The notes under the pieces: model-generated
What the model was told of the DNA's origin: nothing
What the model saw: only the letters and a program-made list of their open reading frames with translations
The model's database searches: none
Part shown: in pieces, positions 37,778-51,227 of the stretch
Layout of the letters: every line of letters starts with the position of its first letter
How positions within the stretch are numbered: position 1 is the stretch's first letter
Position numbers and translations under genes: made by a program
DNA from: Hypanus sabinus
Lineage: Eukaryota
Length of the DNA stretch: 64,000 nucleotides
Direction: 5' to 3'
Assembly: GCF_030144855.1 (NCBI RefSeq)
Contig: NC_082707.1
Coordinates: 94,426,001 to 94,490,000, forward strand

Positions 37778-38622
37778 CCTTTGAAATTTTCTCTGGACTC
37801 TTTCAATCTTATCTTTCCTGTAGAGAGGTGACCAAAACTGCATACAACACTCCAAGTTAGGCATCACCAATGTCTTACACAATGTAGCATCCCACCTCTT
37901 GTACTCAATACTTTGATTCCTGAAGGCCAAAGTGTCAAAAACTTTCTTTACGACCCTACGACTTTACGACATTCAGTGATGCTGCATTCACTGAATTATG
38001 GGCCTGTATTCTCAGATCCCTTTGTTCTACCACATTCCTCAGTCCCCTACTGGGTTATGAGACAACTGAAAACCAGCAAAGAGTTATATAGCGTACAACA
38101 AAAAGGTAGCCAACTAGCAGTCACCTACAGTAATATAATCATCTAGCACTGAGTTATGAAACAACCTGGACAGTTATAAAATGTATGAGAAAAAATAGTT
38201 GTGGGGTACAAACCAAGAACAGCCAGTGAATGTATAAAAGACTGCAGTTACAGAGGTTATGGTGAACTTCAGGCTGTGAATTATGGAAGGCATAATAACT
38301 TATAACACATGTAATAAGATGTTGACTTCACGCTATGGAGAGGAAGATAAACCACTGGTGGTATTTCTGCGTTCATGATGATTATCTGGCAACATTTTCC
38401 AACTTACAGTGAACACCTGGTCCTGAGCTATAGAGGTTATAATTAATATCTAGCAGCAAGTTCCAGTGCTTTATTAGATATCAGGCAGGAAATCACAGTT
38501 TATTTGATCAATATTTGCTGGAGTGACAATGTACAATGCACAATTGAAAAGGTTCCAGTGATTTTGAGAATCGGCACAGTTATCAAATCATCATATTTAA
38601 TTCATGATGAACATTTGGAATG

Positions 38623-39380
38623 GAGATTTTGGTAATATGGCGACATAGCGGCCATTCCTGGTCCAATCAAAGGTATATTTGTTCATCCTGTACATCTTTA
38701 TACAATCACAAGTCACTGCTGAATACTTAGAAAGTCAAGTACTGTAGGACTATCCAATCAGCGAGTTGCTCGATAGCAGTGGAGCTGGACTTGTTGCATA
38801 CCATTGTGCCGAGAAGGTGTGTGGTCCAACAGACAGAGTGAGTGATTGTCTATGATGTCTTCATCGGGATCAGAAGACCCTGTTGGATATTGGTAATGTA
38901 GAATATTACTCACCTGGTTCATTGTCGAGACCAACGGTGGGGGAGCTGTGTTGCCTCCATTGCAGTGAAGGCTAGGCTCACATCAAGGGATCGCCTGTTA
39001 CAGCCATCCAGGAGAGGGGACACCATTGCGGTGTGGGACAGCTCCTGTAGGGCAGCTGAATTTTGTACTGGGTTGAGGGGGCCGGCCTCTCCCATCAGAG
39101 CTGCTTTCCATTGTTCACTCAGTGCTGCCCTCCAATGCTCACTCAGAGGAAGAACAAGCTGTACCAGGGCAACTTACCATAAATCTAGTCATGCCACACA
39201 AGGACTTGGGCTATATGATTGTTTTCTCTTTGTGACGGTATGTTTTTTTTGAAATCATAACCATATGTGCTATGTGCTGTTGATAACGTGTTTTCCATCT
39301 TGGCCCCAGAGGAACACTTTTTTGTTTGGCTGTATACATGCTAAATTATAATAAAACCTGATAATTAAACTTGAACTTGA
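38623..39380 (+). mobile_element. ~760-bp ORF-less retroposon (decayed ETS/YY1-type head, (AACTTG)n tail)
   Basis: Collinear homology to 58795->58623 plus 55205->54597 (for example gagttgctcgatag...ggagctggact, ttggatattggtaatgtagaatatt, cttggcccc); ends aaacttgaacttga. Confidence 0.75.
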
Positions 39381-39814
39381 GTTTCTAGCTAAGTAACTGT
39401 GTATGATTGCAGCTTGCAGCAGGTCGCTGCAAAATGAACAGCTAGCAGTAGCAGAGAACCTAAAAAGAACAGGAATATTTTTTGTTATGAGATGGGCAAT
39501 AAACGCTGGCCTTAGCAGAACACCAAGGTCCTGAAAATAAATATTTATAAAAAGAGATTAAAAGAGAATTGTGGCAGAATTGATATCAAATCTTAAAGAC
39601 CTTCAATTAATTTAGTGCCTATTGGAGCTGGACTGAATGTAAATGATCCTGCCTAATCTCAGATGCTAAGCTCGTGTGGCCAATGTTCAAAGGAAACACT
39701 ACGTAGGAACACCCGGTACAGCACTCCTTACGTAGGGGGAGATCAATGCCAATAAGTCACTGACTGTGATTGCTAAAGATGCAAAGCACCTTCCAGGATC
39801 TTCACAGTCACAGG

Positions 39815-40960
39815 ACTGATAAGACCATAAGACTTGGGAGCAGAATTAGAACATCTGGTGCATCGAGTCTGCTCTGCCAATTCATCACAGTTGATCCAAT
39901 TTTGCTCTCAGCCCCCATCTCCAGCCTTCCCCCCATGTCCCTTCATGCCCTGACCAATCAAGAATCTATCAACCTCTGCCTTAAATATGCATAAAGACTT
40001 GGCCTCCACTGCTGCCTGTGACAAAGAATTCCACAGATCTATTAATCTGTGGCTAAAGAAATTCCTCCTCATCCCCATTCTAAAAGGATACCTGTCTATT
40101 CTGAGGCTGTGCCCTCTGGTCTTACTGTTGCTCACCATAGGAAACATCATCTCCACATCCACTCTATCAAGGCCTTTCATCATTCAATGGGTTTCAATGA
40201 GGTTACCCCTCTTTCTTCTAATTTCTATTGAAAACAGGCCCAGAGCCATCAGACACTCTTCATATGACAAGCCATTCAATCCTGGAATTCAAGTTTTGTG
40301 AACCCCCTTTGAAACCTCTCCAGTTTCAGCAATTCCTTTTAAAGATAAGGGGTCCAAAACTGCTTATAATATTCCAAGTGAAGCCTCACCAGTGCTTTAT
40401 AAAGTTTCAGTATTCTAGTCCTCTTGAAATGAATGCTAATATTGCATTTGCCTTCCTCACCGCAGCCTCAACATGCAAATTAACCTTTAGGCAATCCTGC
40501 ACAAGAACTCCCAACTCTTTATGCATGCTAGTTATTTGTATTTTTTTTCTCCATTTAGAAAATAGTCAACATTTTCATTACTTCTGCCGGAGTGCATGAC
40601 CATACGCTTCCTTACACTATATACCATCTGCCATTTCTTTACCCATTCCACTAATCTGCCTAAGTCCTTCTGTAGACTCTATTTCCTCAAACCTACCTAT
40701 CTCCATATTATCTGCAAACTTTAGAACAAATCCATTAATTCCATCATCCAAGTCACTGACATACAACATAAAAAGGAATTGGTCCCAACACAGATCCCTA
40801 TGGAACACCACTAGTCACTGATAGCCAGCCAGAAAAGACTCCCTTTATTCCCACTCTTTGCCTCTTGCCAATCAGCCACTGCTTTATCCATTTTAGAATC
40901 TTTCCTGTATTGCTATGGGTTTGTAGCTTGTTAAGCAGCCTCATGTATGGCACCTTGATG
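39815..40960 (-). mobile_element. CR1-group LINE RT and 3' end
   Basis: KRQRVGIKGVFSGWLSVTSGVP, KFADN, KTRGHSLR...RRNFFS; tail ataagaccataagac. Confidence 0.88.
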
Positions 40961-41394
40961 TTGAGATGCAGTGCCTGGGACCGATATCGTGGGCTATAAT
41001 ATTGGCTGCCAGCTTCTAATTGACAGAACAACATGCACAAGCTCAATCCTGAACTGTGATGCTGTCAGTGTGGAGTGTGCAAGCCCTCCCTGTTACCACA
41101 TGGATTTTCTCCCACATCCCAAAGACATGCCCATTGATTCTATTCTCCCTTTCAAAGTGTGCGTAAAAGCACTGAGCTCATCTGGGCATGAAGCATCACC
41201 ACATTCATGATTCATTTAGTGATTTAAAACAGTGTTGGCTTGTGGTGTCATTTCCAGTCCATTCAGATATGATTACTGTATGTGATCATTCCCTCCCACA
41301 GCATGGCCTCATGAGCAATCTCCTCTAGCTGTTCTGTATGTCAGCCTAATTAAAGTGGACAAAGTACACTGAGAAGCCATTGTCTAATGTAACA

Positions 41395-42592
41395 TCTTTG
41401 AGGATGTAACAAAACACATTGAAGAAGGTAGAGCAGTGGATGTAGTGTATATGGATTTCAGTAAGGCATTTAATAAGGTACCCCAAGCAACGATCATTCA
41501 GAAAGTAAGGAGGCATGGAATCCAAGGAGACCTTGCTTTGTAAATCCAGAACTGGCTTGCCCACAGAAGGCAAAGTTGGTTGAGTTGGTTTTTATTCTGC
41601 ATGGAGGTCGGTGATCTGTGACGTTCTTCAGGGATCTGTTCTGGGACCCCTCCTCTCTGTGATTTTTCTAAATGACCTGGATGAGGAAGTGGAAGGGATG
41701 GGTTGGTAAGTTTGCTGATGACACAAAGGTTGGGGGTCCTATGGATAGTGTGGAGGGCTGTCAGAGGTTACAGCATGACATTGATAGGATGCAAAACTGG
41801 GCTGAGAAATGGCAGATAGACTTCAAACTAGGTAAGTGTGAAGTGATTCATTTTGGTAGGTCAAATTTGAAGATAATTATATTAATAATAAGACTCTAGT
41901 CAGTGTGGAGGATCAACGAGATCTTGGGGTTCGAGTCCATAGGACACTCAAAACTGCTGACAGTGTTGTTAAGAAAGTGTATGGTGTGCTGCCCTTCATC
42001 AACTGTAGGATTGAGTTCAAGACCATGAGGTAATGTTACAGCTATATAATTAGTTAAACCCCACTTTGAATACTGTGTTCAGTTCTGGTCACATCATTAC
42101 AGGAAGGATGTGGATACTATAGAGAGAGAGCAGAGGAGATTTACAAGGATGTTGCCTGGATTGGGAGCATGCCTTATGAGAATAGTCTGAGTGAACTTGG
42201 CCTTTTCTCCTTGGAGCGATCGAGGATGAGATGTGACCTAATAAAGCTGTATAAGATGATGAGAGGCATTGATGGTGTGGATAGCTAGAGGCTTCTTCCC
42301 AGGGCTGAAATGGCTAACACAAGGGAGCATAGTTTTAAGGTGCTTGGAAATAGGTACAAGATGGTACAAGTTTTTCACACAAACTGGTGGGTGCATGGAA
42401 TGCATGGCCAGCGACAGTGGTAGAAGTGGATACAATAGGGTCTTTTAAGAGACCATTAGATAGATACATGGAGCTTAGTAAAACAGAGGGCTATGCAGTA
42501 GGGAAATTCTAGGCAGTTTCTGGAGTAGGTTACATGGTCAGCACAACATTGTGGGCTGAAGGGCCTGTAATGTCCTGTAGATTTTTATGTAA
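41395..42592 (+). mobile_element. CR1-group LINE RT and 3' end, same family as 35341-37777
   Basis: EDVTKHIEEGRAVDVVYMDFSKAF, GKFADDTKVGG; several stops. Confidence 0.9.
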
Positions 42593-42727
42593 TCCTGCTT
42601 TTTGTTTGACTTTCCTATAGGTTCTCCAGTAGGTGTTATGTCTGGGGTGAGGTGAGGGTTGTGTAGGGCAGGTTGACATATGTACAGGATTTAGATAAAT
42701 TAACAACATAAATGGCACTTCTTGCAT

Positions 42728-42872
42728 GCATGTGTGTGTGTGGGTGTGTGCACACATATGTGAGTCTGTGAGTGTCTGTGTGCCTGAGTGTGTGCGTATG
42801 AGTATGTGGATGTGTGTATGTGCGTGTATGTGTGTGTTTGTATGTGTGTCAGTGTGTGTATGCGTGTGTGTA
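42728..42872. repeat. Degenerate (TG)n microsatellite
   Basis: Directly visible. Confidence 0.9.
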
Positions 42873-43379
42873 TCCAGATAAGTGATTTCATATGAGAGAA
42901 TAATCCTTTCAGCAGTGTAAATCTCAGCCTTGTGGTCCTTGTGAAATCACAAAATTTCTTGTTAGCTTTCTCCATTATCTGTGGGTTCTCAGTCCTGAAG
43001 CAGACAACATGTATCACTTCCAGTCAGATTTACCAACAGCGTATTTCAAGCTTAGTGCTGCACATATCCTAGTGCTGGGTGCTTAATTCAACTGGACATG
43101 TCCTTATCAGGAATGGGGCTGACCCTATTCTGGTAACAAGTCAATATAACACCAATACAAACTATGTTTGGACCAATCCCATACTTGCTCTCAGAAGGTT
43201 CAGATGACCAATAGTTAAGTTGACTAAAGATAGATAAAACCAAGTTCTAGACACTTCTTTAAAAGGTTTCACCAATGTTACTTACTCTGGTAAACTTTAC
43301 ACCTGATAATAACTGTCATTCATTCTTAAATCTGTAGAGTTTAGATTTGAAATGAGAGCTTGTGTTACATCTGTTTGAA

Positions 43380-44885
43380 TCCCTGCAGCATCTGGTGACT
43401 CTGTGATGTCTGTCTCAGAAGGTGACGTCAGAACATCTTTCAAGAGGGTGAAACCTCACAAGGTATCAGGCCTTGATGGTATACCTGGTGGGGCACTGAA
43501 AACCTGTGCCAACAAACTGGCGGGAGTGGTCAAGGAATCTTCATTCTCCCACCTGCTTCAAAAGGGCGACAGTCATATCAGTGCCTCAAAACAGCAGGCA
43601 GAGCTGCCTCAATGACTATCACTCAGCTTCACTCACATCTACTGTGATGAGGCGCTTTGTGAGGTTGGTCATGGCCAGATCCAACTCCTACGTAAGCAAG
43701 GACTGGGACCCCTACAATTTGCCTGTTGCCACATAGGTCCTCAGTGGATGCAATCTCACTGGTTCTCCACTCGACCTTGGATCATCTGGACAACAGCAAT
43801 ATCTATGTCAGGCTGCTGTTTATTGATTACAGCTCAGCATTCAACACCATCATACTTCCAGTACAAATCAATATGCTTCAAAACCAGGGCCTTTGTATCC
43901 CCCTCTGCAACTGGAAACTAGATTTCCACATCAGGAGATGAGAATTAACATCTCCTCCTTACTGACAATGGTCATTGGCACACCTCAAGGGTACGTGTTT
44001 AGCACACTACTCTACTCTCTCTACACGCACTGGCGTGTGGTTTGGCACAGCTCGAAGCCCATCTATAAATTTGCCAATGACACAACTGATGTTGGCAGAA
44101 TTTCAGATGGTAATGAGGAAGCATACAGGAGTGAGAAGATCAGCTTGTGAGTGGTGTCGCAACAATAACCTCACACTCAATGTCAGCATGGCCAAGAAAT
44201 TGATTGTGTACTTCAGGAAGAAGAAGTTAAGGGAACTCATGCACCAGTCCTTATCGAAGTATCAGCAGTTAAAAGGGTGAGCTGTTTCATGTTCCTGTGT
44301 GTCAACGTCTCTGAAGATCTATCTTAGGCCCAAACTATTGATACAATTACAAAGAAGGCACAACCACAGCTATGTTTCAATAGAAGTATGAGAAAACTTT
44401 GTATGTCACTAAAGACTCTTGCAAATTTCTACATTTATATTGTAAAAGGCTGCAAAAAATTGTAAATCCAGCCAGCTCCAGCTCCATTATGGACAATAGT
44501 CTCTCCAGCATCCAGGACACTTTCAAAAGACAATGCCTTAAAAAGTCGATATCCACCATTAAGGATCCCCCATGATCCAGGATATGCCCTCTTCTCATTG
44601 CTACCATAAAGGAGGAGATTCAGGAGCTTGAAGGCACACACTCAATGTTTCAATAACAGCTTCTTCCCCTCTGCCATCCAATTTCTGTTTGGACAATGAA
44701 CACATGTACACTGCCTCAACTTTCTTTGCTCTCTTTTTTGCATTATTTATTAATTTACTTGGCGATATATATATTTTTATTGTAATTTATATTTGTTTAT
44801 TATTATGTATTGCAATGTACTGCTGACAAAAAAACAACAAATTTCATGACGTATGGCAGTGATAATAAACCTGATTCAGATTCAT
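43380..44885 (+). mobile_element. Rex1/Babar-type LINE RT region plus 3' UTR
   Basis: SGLDGIPGGALKTCA, CLNDYHSASLTSTVM, YVRLLFIDYSSAFNTI, GTPQGYVFSTLLY, YKFANDTT; tail gataataaacctgattcagattc. Confidence 0.9.
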
Positions 44886-44971
44886 ATCAGCTAGATAAGC
44901 TCACTAACAATGCTTCAGTGTGACGGCCAAATCTCCTTTGATTTGATTTAGTGTTGATGCCCTTGTTACCA

Positions 44972-47900
44972 TTCAAGGTTCAAGATTGTTTAATGTCATT
45001 TCCTGTACACAAGTCTTAGGAGAACAATATCATTGTTCATTATCATTATCAGATCTACAGCAGCACGAGAAAATATCACAAAAGTAAAGGAACATAATAA
45101 TACAAAAACCACAATAAGTATAAGTACACAAGATAGCTTATATACATAGATTGTTGATTTGTCCGTAAGGTGTTACTGGGCTGAAAATAATGTAAAAAAT
45201 TGGAAATAACAAAGTAGTGGGTGGAGGTGTTGATCAGCAGTACTGCTTGGGGAAAGTAACTATTTTTGAGTCTGGTGGTCCTGGTGTGGATGTTATGTAG
45301 CCTCCTCCCTGATGGGAGTGGGACAAACAGCCCTTAAACATAAGAACATAAGAGATAGGAGCAGGAGTAGGCCAATCGGCCCCTCAAGCCTGCTCCGCCA
45401 TTCAACAAGATCATGGCTGATCCAATCTTAACTCTAGTTTTCACCGAATCCCACAAGGCAACAGTGCCAACCAACAGGGCACCATGCCGCCCATTTTATT
45501 TTATTATTCATCCTGCCCAAACCCATGTGATCACCCAGGGGAAAAAAAACTGATTTGCCAATTGAGGAGAAAAAATCTGGAAAATTCCTCTCTGACCCAT
45601 CCAGGCTATCGAAAACTGATCCAGGAGATCACATGGCTGATCTAAACCTAGCCTCATGTCCACTTACCTGCTCGCTCACCATATCCCCTAATGCCATTTT
45701 TATCCAGGAAAATGTCTATCTCCGTTTTGAATTTATTGAGTGTAGTAGCTTCCACAGCTCTCTGGGGCAGTAAATTCCACAGCCCCACTACCCTCTGAGT
45801 GAAGAAATTTCTCCTCATCTCAGTTCTGGAATGACATCCCCTTATTTTAAGATTATGCCCCCTAGTCCTAGTTTCACCCATCATTGGGAACATTCCCCCC
45901 ACATCCACCCGATCAAGCCCCTTCACAATCTTAGATGTTTCAATAAGATCACCTCTCATTCTTCGGAACTCCAATGAGTAGAGCCCCAATCTACTCAACC
46001 TCTCATCATACATCAACCCACCCATCCCCGGAATTAACCTAGTGAACCTTCTCTGCACTGCCTCGAGAGCCAGTGTGTCCTTTCTTAAATATGGACACCA
46101 GAACTGCACGCAGTACTCCAGGTGTGGTCTCTCCAATACCCGGTACAACTGCAGTAAGACCTCCCTGTTCTTATACTCCATCCCCCTAGCAACAAAAGCC
46201 AGCATTCCATTGGCCTTCTTGACCACCTGCTGTACTTGCATACTAACTTTTTGTGTTTCCTGCACCAGGACCCCCAGATCCCTTTGCACAGAAGCACTTT
46301 CCAGTTTCTCTCCATTTAGATAATAACTTGCACTATTATTTTTCCTGTCAAAGTGCAAGACCTCACACTTGTCAATATTATATTTCATCTGCCAAATGTC
46401 TGCCCAATCACTCAGCCTATCTATGTCCCCCGCAGGGTTTCAATGTCCTCCGCACTCATTACACTCCCTCCCATCTTTGTGACATCAGCGTTGCACTTAG
46501 TCCCTTTCTCCAAATCATTAATATGGATTGTAAAGAGTTGGGGTCCCAACACCGACCCCTGTGGAACACCACTAGTCACCAACTGCCAGTCTGAGAATAA
46601 GCCATTTATCCCAACTCTCTGTTTTCTGTTAGAAAGCCAATCCTCCACCCATGCCAGAATATTATCCCCAATCCCATGATTTTTTACTTTAAGTAATAAT
46701 CTTTGGTGTGGCACCTTGTCAAATGCCTTTTGGAAGTCCAAGTACACCACATCCACTGGTTCCCCTTTATCTACCCTATATGTTATGTCCTCAAAGAACT
46801 CCAACAAATTTGTCAAACATGACTTCCCTTTTGTAAAGCCATGCTGACTTTGTCCTATTAAGCTATGTTTATCCAAATGCCCTGTTACTGATTCCTTAAT
46901 TATCGATTCCAACATTTTGCCAACCACAGATGTTAGGCTAACTGGCCTATAATTCCCAGCCTTCTGTCTATTGCCCTTTTTAAATAAAGGAGTTACATTA
47001 GCATTTTTCCAATCTGCCGGGACCATTGCGAGTTTTGAAAAATTATCACTAATGCATCCACAGTCCCGACTGCCACTTCCCTTAAGACCCTAGGATGCAA
47101 GCCATCCGGTCCAGGGGATTTATCCACCTTCAGTCCCATTAATTTATCAAGTACCATTTCCTTAAGCAAGGTGTGTGGGATCCTTCATGATGTTACTGGC
47201 CCTTTTCTAGCATTTTTCTGTATATATGTCCTTGATGGTGGGTAGGCTGGTGCTAGTGATGTGTTAGGCAGTTTTGACTACTTGCCCACCACAGTACAGT
47301 TTCCATGTCACGCAGTGATGCAGCTTGTCAGGACGCTCTCTACTAAACATTTGTAGAATGACGTGAGTATGGATGTGCAAAGTACAGCTCTCTTCAGCCT
47401 CCTCAGAAAGTAGAGTCTTTGGTGTGCTTTCCTGACTGTGTAGGATGTGTTCTGGGGCCATGACAGGTTGTGTGTGATGTACACTCCCAGGAGTTTGAAA
47501 CTGCTCACAGTCTCCACTACCATGCTGTGGACGTAAAGAGGGCTGTGAGTGGAATGCGTTCTCCTGAAGTTCATAACCATCTCCTTTCTCTTGTTGACTT
47601 TATGGAGGTTGTTATTTGCCTAGCACCAGCCCTTAGGCTTTTCCTGTCCATAGGCTGTCTCATTATCGTAGGTGAAGAGTCCCTCCACTGTCGTACCATC
47701 GTTGTACTTGGCAATACGATTGCTCGTGTGTGTGGCCATGCAGTCATGTGCGAGCAGAGTGTACAACAACAGGCTCAGCATTCAGTCCTGTGCTGAGGAT
47801 GATGGGGAAAGAGGAGTGATTGTACATTCTGACTATCTGAGGCTTGTCCACTCGGCAGTCCTACACCCAGTTGCACAGTGGTGTATCTAGACTGAGGAGT

Positions 47901-49560
47901 GGGAGTTTGTTCACCAAGGTCTGTGGGGCAATAGTGTTGAATGCCAAACTGAAATCCAGAAGCAACATTCTAACGTAAGCGTCCTTGTTTTCTAGGTGTG
48001 TCAGGGCCAGGTGAAAGACCTGGTATGGCATCGATTGTAGAGAAGTTCTGTCAGTAAGCATATTGATGTGTGTCCAGTGTAACATGAACAGGGTTTTGAT
48101 ACATATCATTATCAGCCATCAGTGCCACTGGGCAGCGGTCATCTAGTTCAGAAGATGTAAGGTTCTTTGGTATAGGGATGACAGTGGCTGATTTGAAGCA
48201 TGTGGGGACAGAAGCCTTGATGACTGAAGTGTTGAAGATGTCTGTGAAGATGCAAGTGAGCTGGTGTGCACACTCCCTGAGTAGTCAGCCTGGAATGTTG
48301 TTTGGCCCAGCTGCCTTACAGGAGCTGACGTTCAGCAGAGTCCTTCTCACATCTGCTGCTGTTACAGGCAGTCACTGCTCACCTGGGATGTGTGTTGCTT
48401 TCATGTCTGGCGTTGAGTTGTATGCCTCGAAGCATGCGTAAAAGTTGTTCAGAGCTTCAGGGAGGGAGGTGAAACTGGTACAGTCGATGCTGTAATTCCT
48501 TGCATAGTTTGTAATGCCCTTGATACCCAACCACATACACCAGGGATTGGTATCAGATAGATACTCCTGAACTTTCTGTGCACCGGTGGTCTTTGCCCTC
48601 TTAATATCCAAGACGAGGTTTCTCTTGACTGCTCTGGGAACTTTTCTGTCTCCAGACCTAAAGTCAGCATCCTGGACATTTACTATGAAGCACCTCTGCA
48701 TTCAGCCAGGGCTTCTTGTTGAAAAAGACCATTGTTGAGGTAGCAATGTCACCTACACACTTACTGATGCAGCTGATGACAGATGAGGCATATTCCTCAA
48801 GGTCTGTGTCTACTCCGTTTGTGGCAGCCTCCTTGAATATCTGCCAGATGGTCCATTCAAGAGTCCTGAAGCATAGAGTTTGCCTCATTAGGCCATACAG
48901 TGTTAATCCTCTTGACTGGCTTCTCCATTTTCAGCAGTGCTCAGTATGCCGAGAGAGGAGGAGCATGGAAATATGGAGCCAGCAATTTTTGCAGACCCAG
49001 GTGATTTCTTCCAGTTTGTCCAAGGAACAGCTTATTCTTCTTCTTCTATGTCTTTCTTCTCAAGATTGTTGGGGTTCTGTCAGAGTCTGTGATCTATAGT
49101 TCAGACTACGGTTCTTCGCAAGCACTGGGTTGTCAGACAACCTGTCTCAGGTACCAAAGTTCTGAACTATGGACTGTGGTTTTTGATGGACTCCAGATCA
49201 AGGTCTCCTTGGGGGCTTTTGCAACTGTTTGAATGGGGGTGGGGATGGGGGGCAGTACTTCTGTTGGTGCAGGTGGTTTATACTACCGCTTGTGTGATGG
49301 GAGGTGGGCTTTGGGGTTCTGATGTTTTTATCATTCACACATTCTATGGAGTTTCTTGTTTCATGGGTGTCTGCAAAGAATAAAAATTTTAGGTTGCATA
49401 CTGCATACATTATGGAGATGTGGTCAGTGAGGTCAAGATGAGGGTGTGGGGTGGCCTTGTAAGTACTGCATCTGTTTGTATAAACATGCCCCAATCTGTT
49501 TGTGCCCCTAGTAGCCATGGTGGACTGCACTCCCAAAATACGTCATTATCTTCTACCTTT
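44972..49560 (-). mobile_element. Rex1/Babar-type LINE (APE remnant to 3' tail) interrupted by a young CR1 (45341-47159) and a short element (~49030-49410)
   Basis: TRGTNRLGHVYTN...LTDHISI (APE end), [29 protein letters not shown]; tail ttcaaggttcaagattgtttaatgtc. Confidence 0.82.
45341..47159 (-). mobile_element. Young CR1-group LINE, 5'-truncated, RT catalytic motif destroyed
   Basis: Near-uninterrupted ORFs 46421-47026 and 45654-46388; TKCNADVTK in place of the xSKFADDTK motif; TSD-like ccttaaaca (45332-45340) / ccttaagca (47160-47168). Confidence 0.93.
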
Positions 49561-50519
49561 GTTTTGTGGGGATGAGGCAAGGTCTTCAGCCTCCCAAGAA
49601 CAATAGCTGGTAGGAGAATAGTAGGAGGAGAGGATAATGATGACGCTCATGGTACACCATGGTGTCTGACATACAAAAGATTGTCACAGTGAGGGGTGAG
49701 CAGCTTAGCTTAGAGTGAGGTGTGTCTCATGGAGATACACCAAAGAATATCAGACTGCAGGCTGGCATCCGGTGCAGTGAATCTAATCTGCAGGCTTGCT
49801 GGAGGGTAGGTTCACACATCTTACCACCATAGAGGACAGATGAGGACCATGGCTGGGACACTGCCACCACAAGGCTGATATGGGCATGCATTGAGTAGTG
49901 AGCAACTTTCGGGTCTGCCTGATTGATTGCAGGAGATAACAAGGACTTCTCCAAGTTCATCCACCTCTTTGCAGCCTGCGAATTTCCTAAGGGGGTGTGG
50001 GCTAACTTGATGTGATGAAATTATCTGTATGGATAGCACAAAAAGCAAAGTTTTTTTCACTGTACCTTGGTATGTGTGACAACAATAAACCAATTTACCA
50101 AACAACATTAGAAATTTGAGACCAATATTCTGATATGAAGAGGGCTCTAAGGTTAGAAGAGAATGATGAAAAGTAATTTCTGTATCATTTGTTATCACCT
50201 TGTTTTAAATTACTTGCTTTGATTATTGAAATGTGTTCTCATTCAAGCAAATACACCTTTCATTGTGCAGAGATAAATAACACTGGTGTGGCAGCTGCTG
50301 ATATTTTTGAAAACCTTGCCATGCTTCAGAAGATTTTCTTCAGATCTGGTCAGTATTATCCAGGAAACATCTGATTGTTACAAAATTTTTTTATGATATT
50401 TACCTTTTAAAAATCATATCATGGGGCACTGATCCATTGTCCAAGCTGCCATGTTACTCTAGCAATAATTATATGTGACCTTAAATTTCAAATTGATTGC
50501 TCTCTCGCCAATTTTATTT

Positions 50520-50762
50520 CACATTCAGCCCTGACCTCCAGATCTGTTTATATGAAGTTTGCACATTCTTCCTGTGATGGAATGTTTTGTCCAGGTGATC
50601 TTGTTTCCTCCCAAAGACATATGGGTTTGTAGGTAACCCACTGTAAGTTATCCTAGTGTGTAATTGAGTGGTGGAATGTGGAGGTGTTAATGGGGAAGAA
50701 GAGTTGGATTTAGTGTGGACTTTGTGCCAAACAGCCTGTTTCTGTGCTGTAGGATCCTATAA
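50520..50762 (+). mobile_element. Degenerate V-SINE
   Basis: gaagtttgcacattcttcctgtga...gtttcctccc core; gcctgtttctgtgctgta tail. Confidence 0.65.
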
Positions 50763-51227
50763 CCACTTTCCCCTTGATTCCACAAGCTTCGGCTATCGAG
50801 CATTTTGTTCAATGCCTCCTTCAGGTTAACCTTTTCTTTAAAAACAGAAAGGCAGTGCCTTGTTAGACAAAAAGTAATCACTCCCATTATCTTATAATTA
50901 ATAATTTACAGAAAAGGAACAGCGTACAAATTTGAGGCAATTTGCTCCATCCACTACCAAAAGCTCATTTTCAGCTTTACAGTTTTCCAACAATTGGTAC
51001 TATTATAAAAATATTCCCCATTTAAGGATCTGATTCTTGTGGAAGTATGGCTCACAGATCCTTACTATAACTTGTCAGGGTTCTATGCATAAGTCTGGAC
51101 AGTGACTATAAAATCACTTCATTTACTCTCAGATTGGCCTTGCTCCTCTTCAACATGCCAGAAAGATAGAGGGAAAGTTGTAATGTACCACGTAAGCAAC
51201 GGTGAACAGACGGACAATAGTTCCTTT

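Larger units (their letters stand above)
34578..38050 (-). mobile_element. Host CR1-group 3' fragment (34578-35340 plus 37778-38050) carrying two nested insertions
   Basis: Tail tagactcatagcgtcatagaaaagtacagcacag; ERLNRLELYSLEHRSLREDLIE; sequence ctggcaacat|cctttgaaattttctctg resumes after the younger CR1. Confidence 0.8.

Noticed and set aside
38060-38460. Possible degenerate tandem repeat (recurring gttata)
   Set aside because: I could not define a consistent period by eye.
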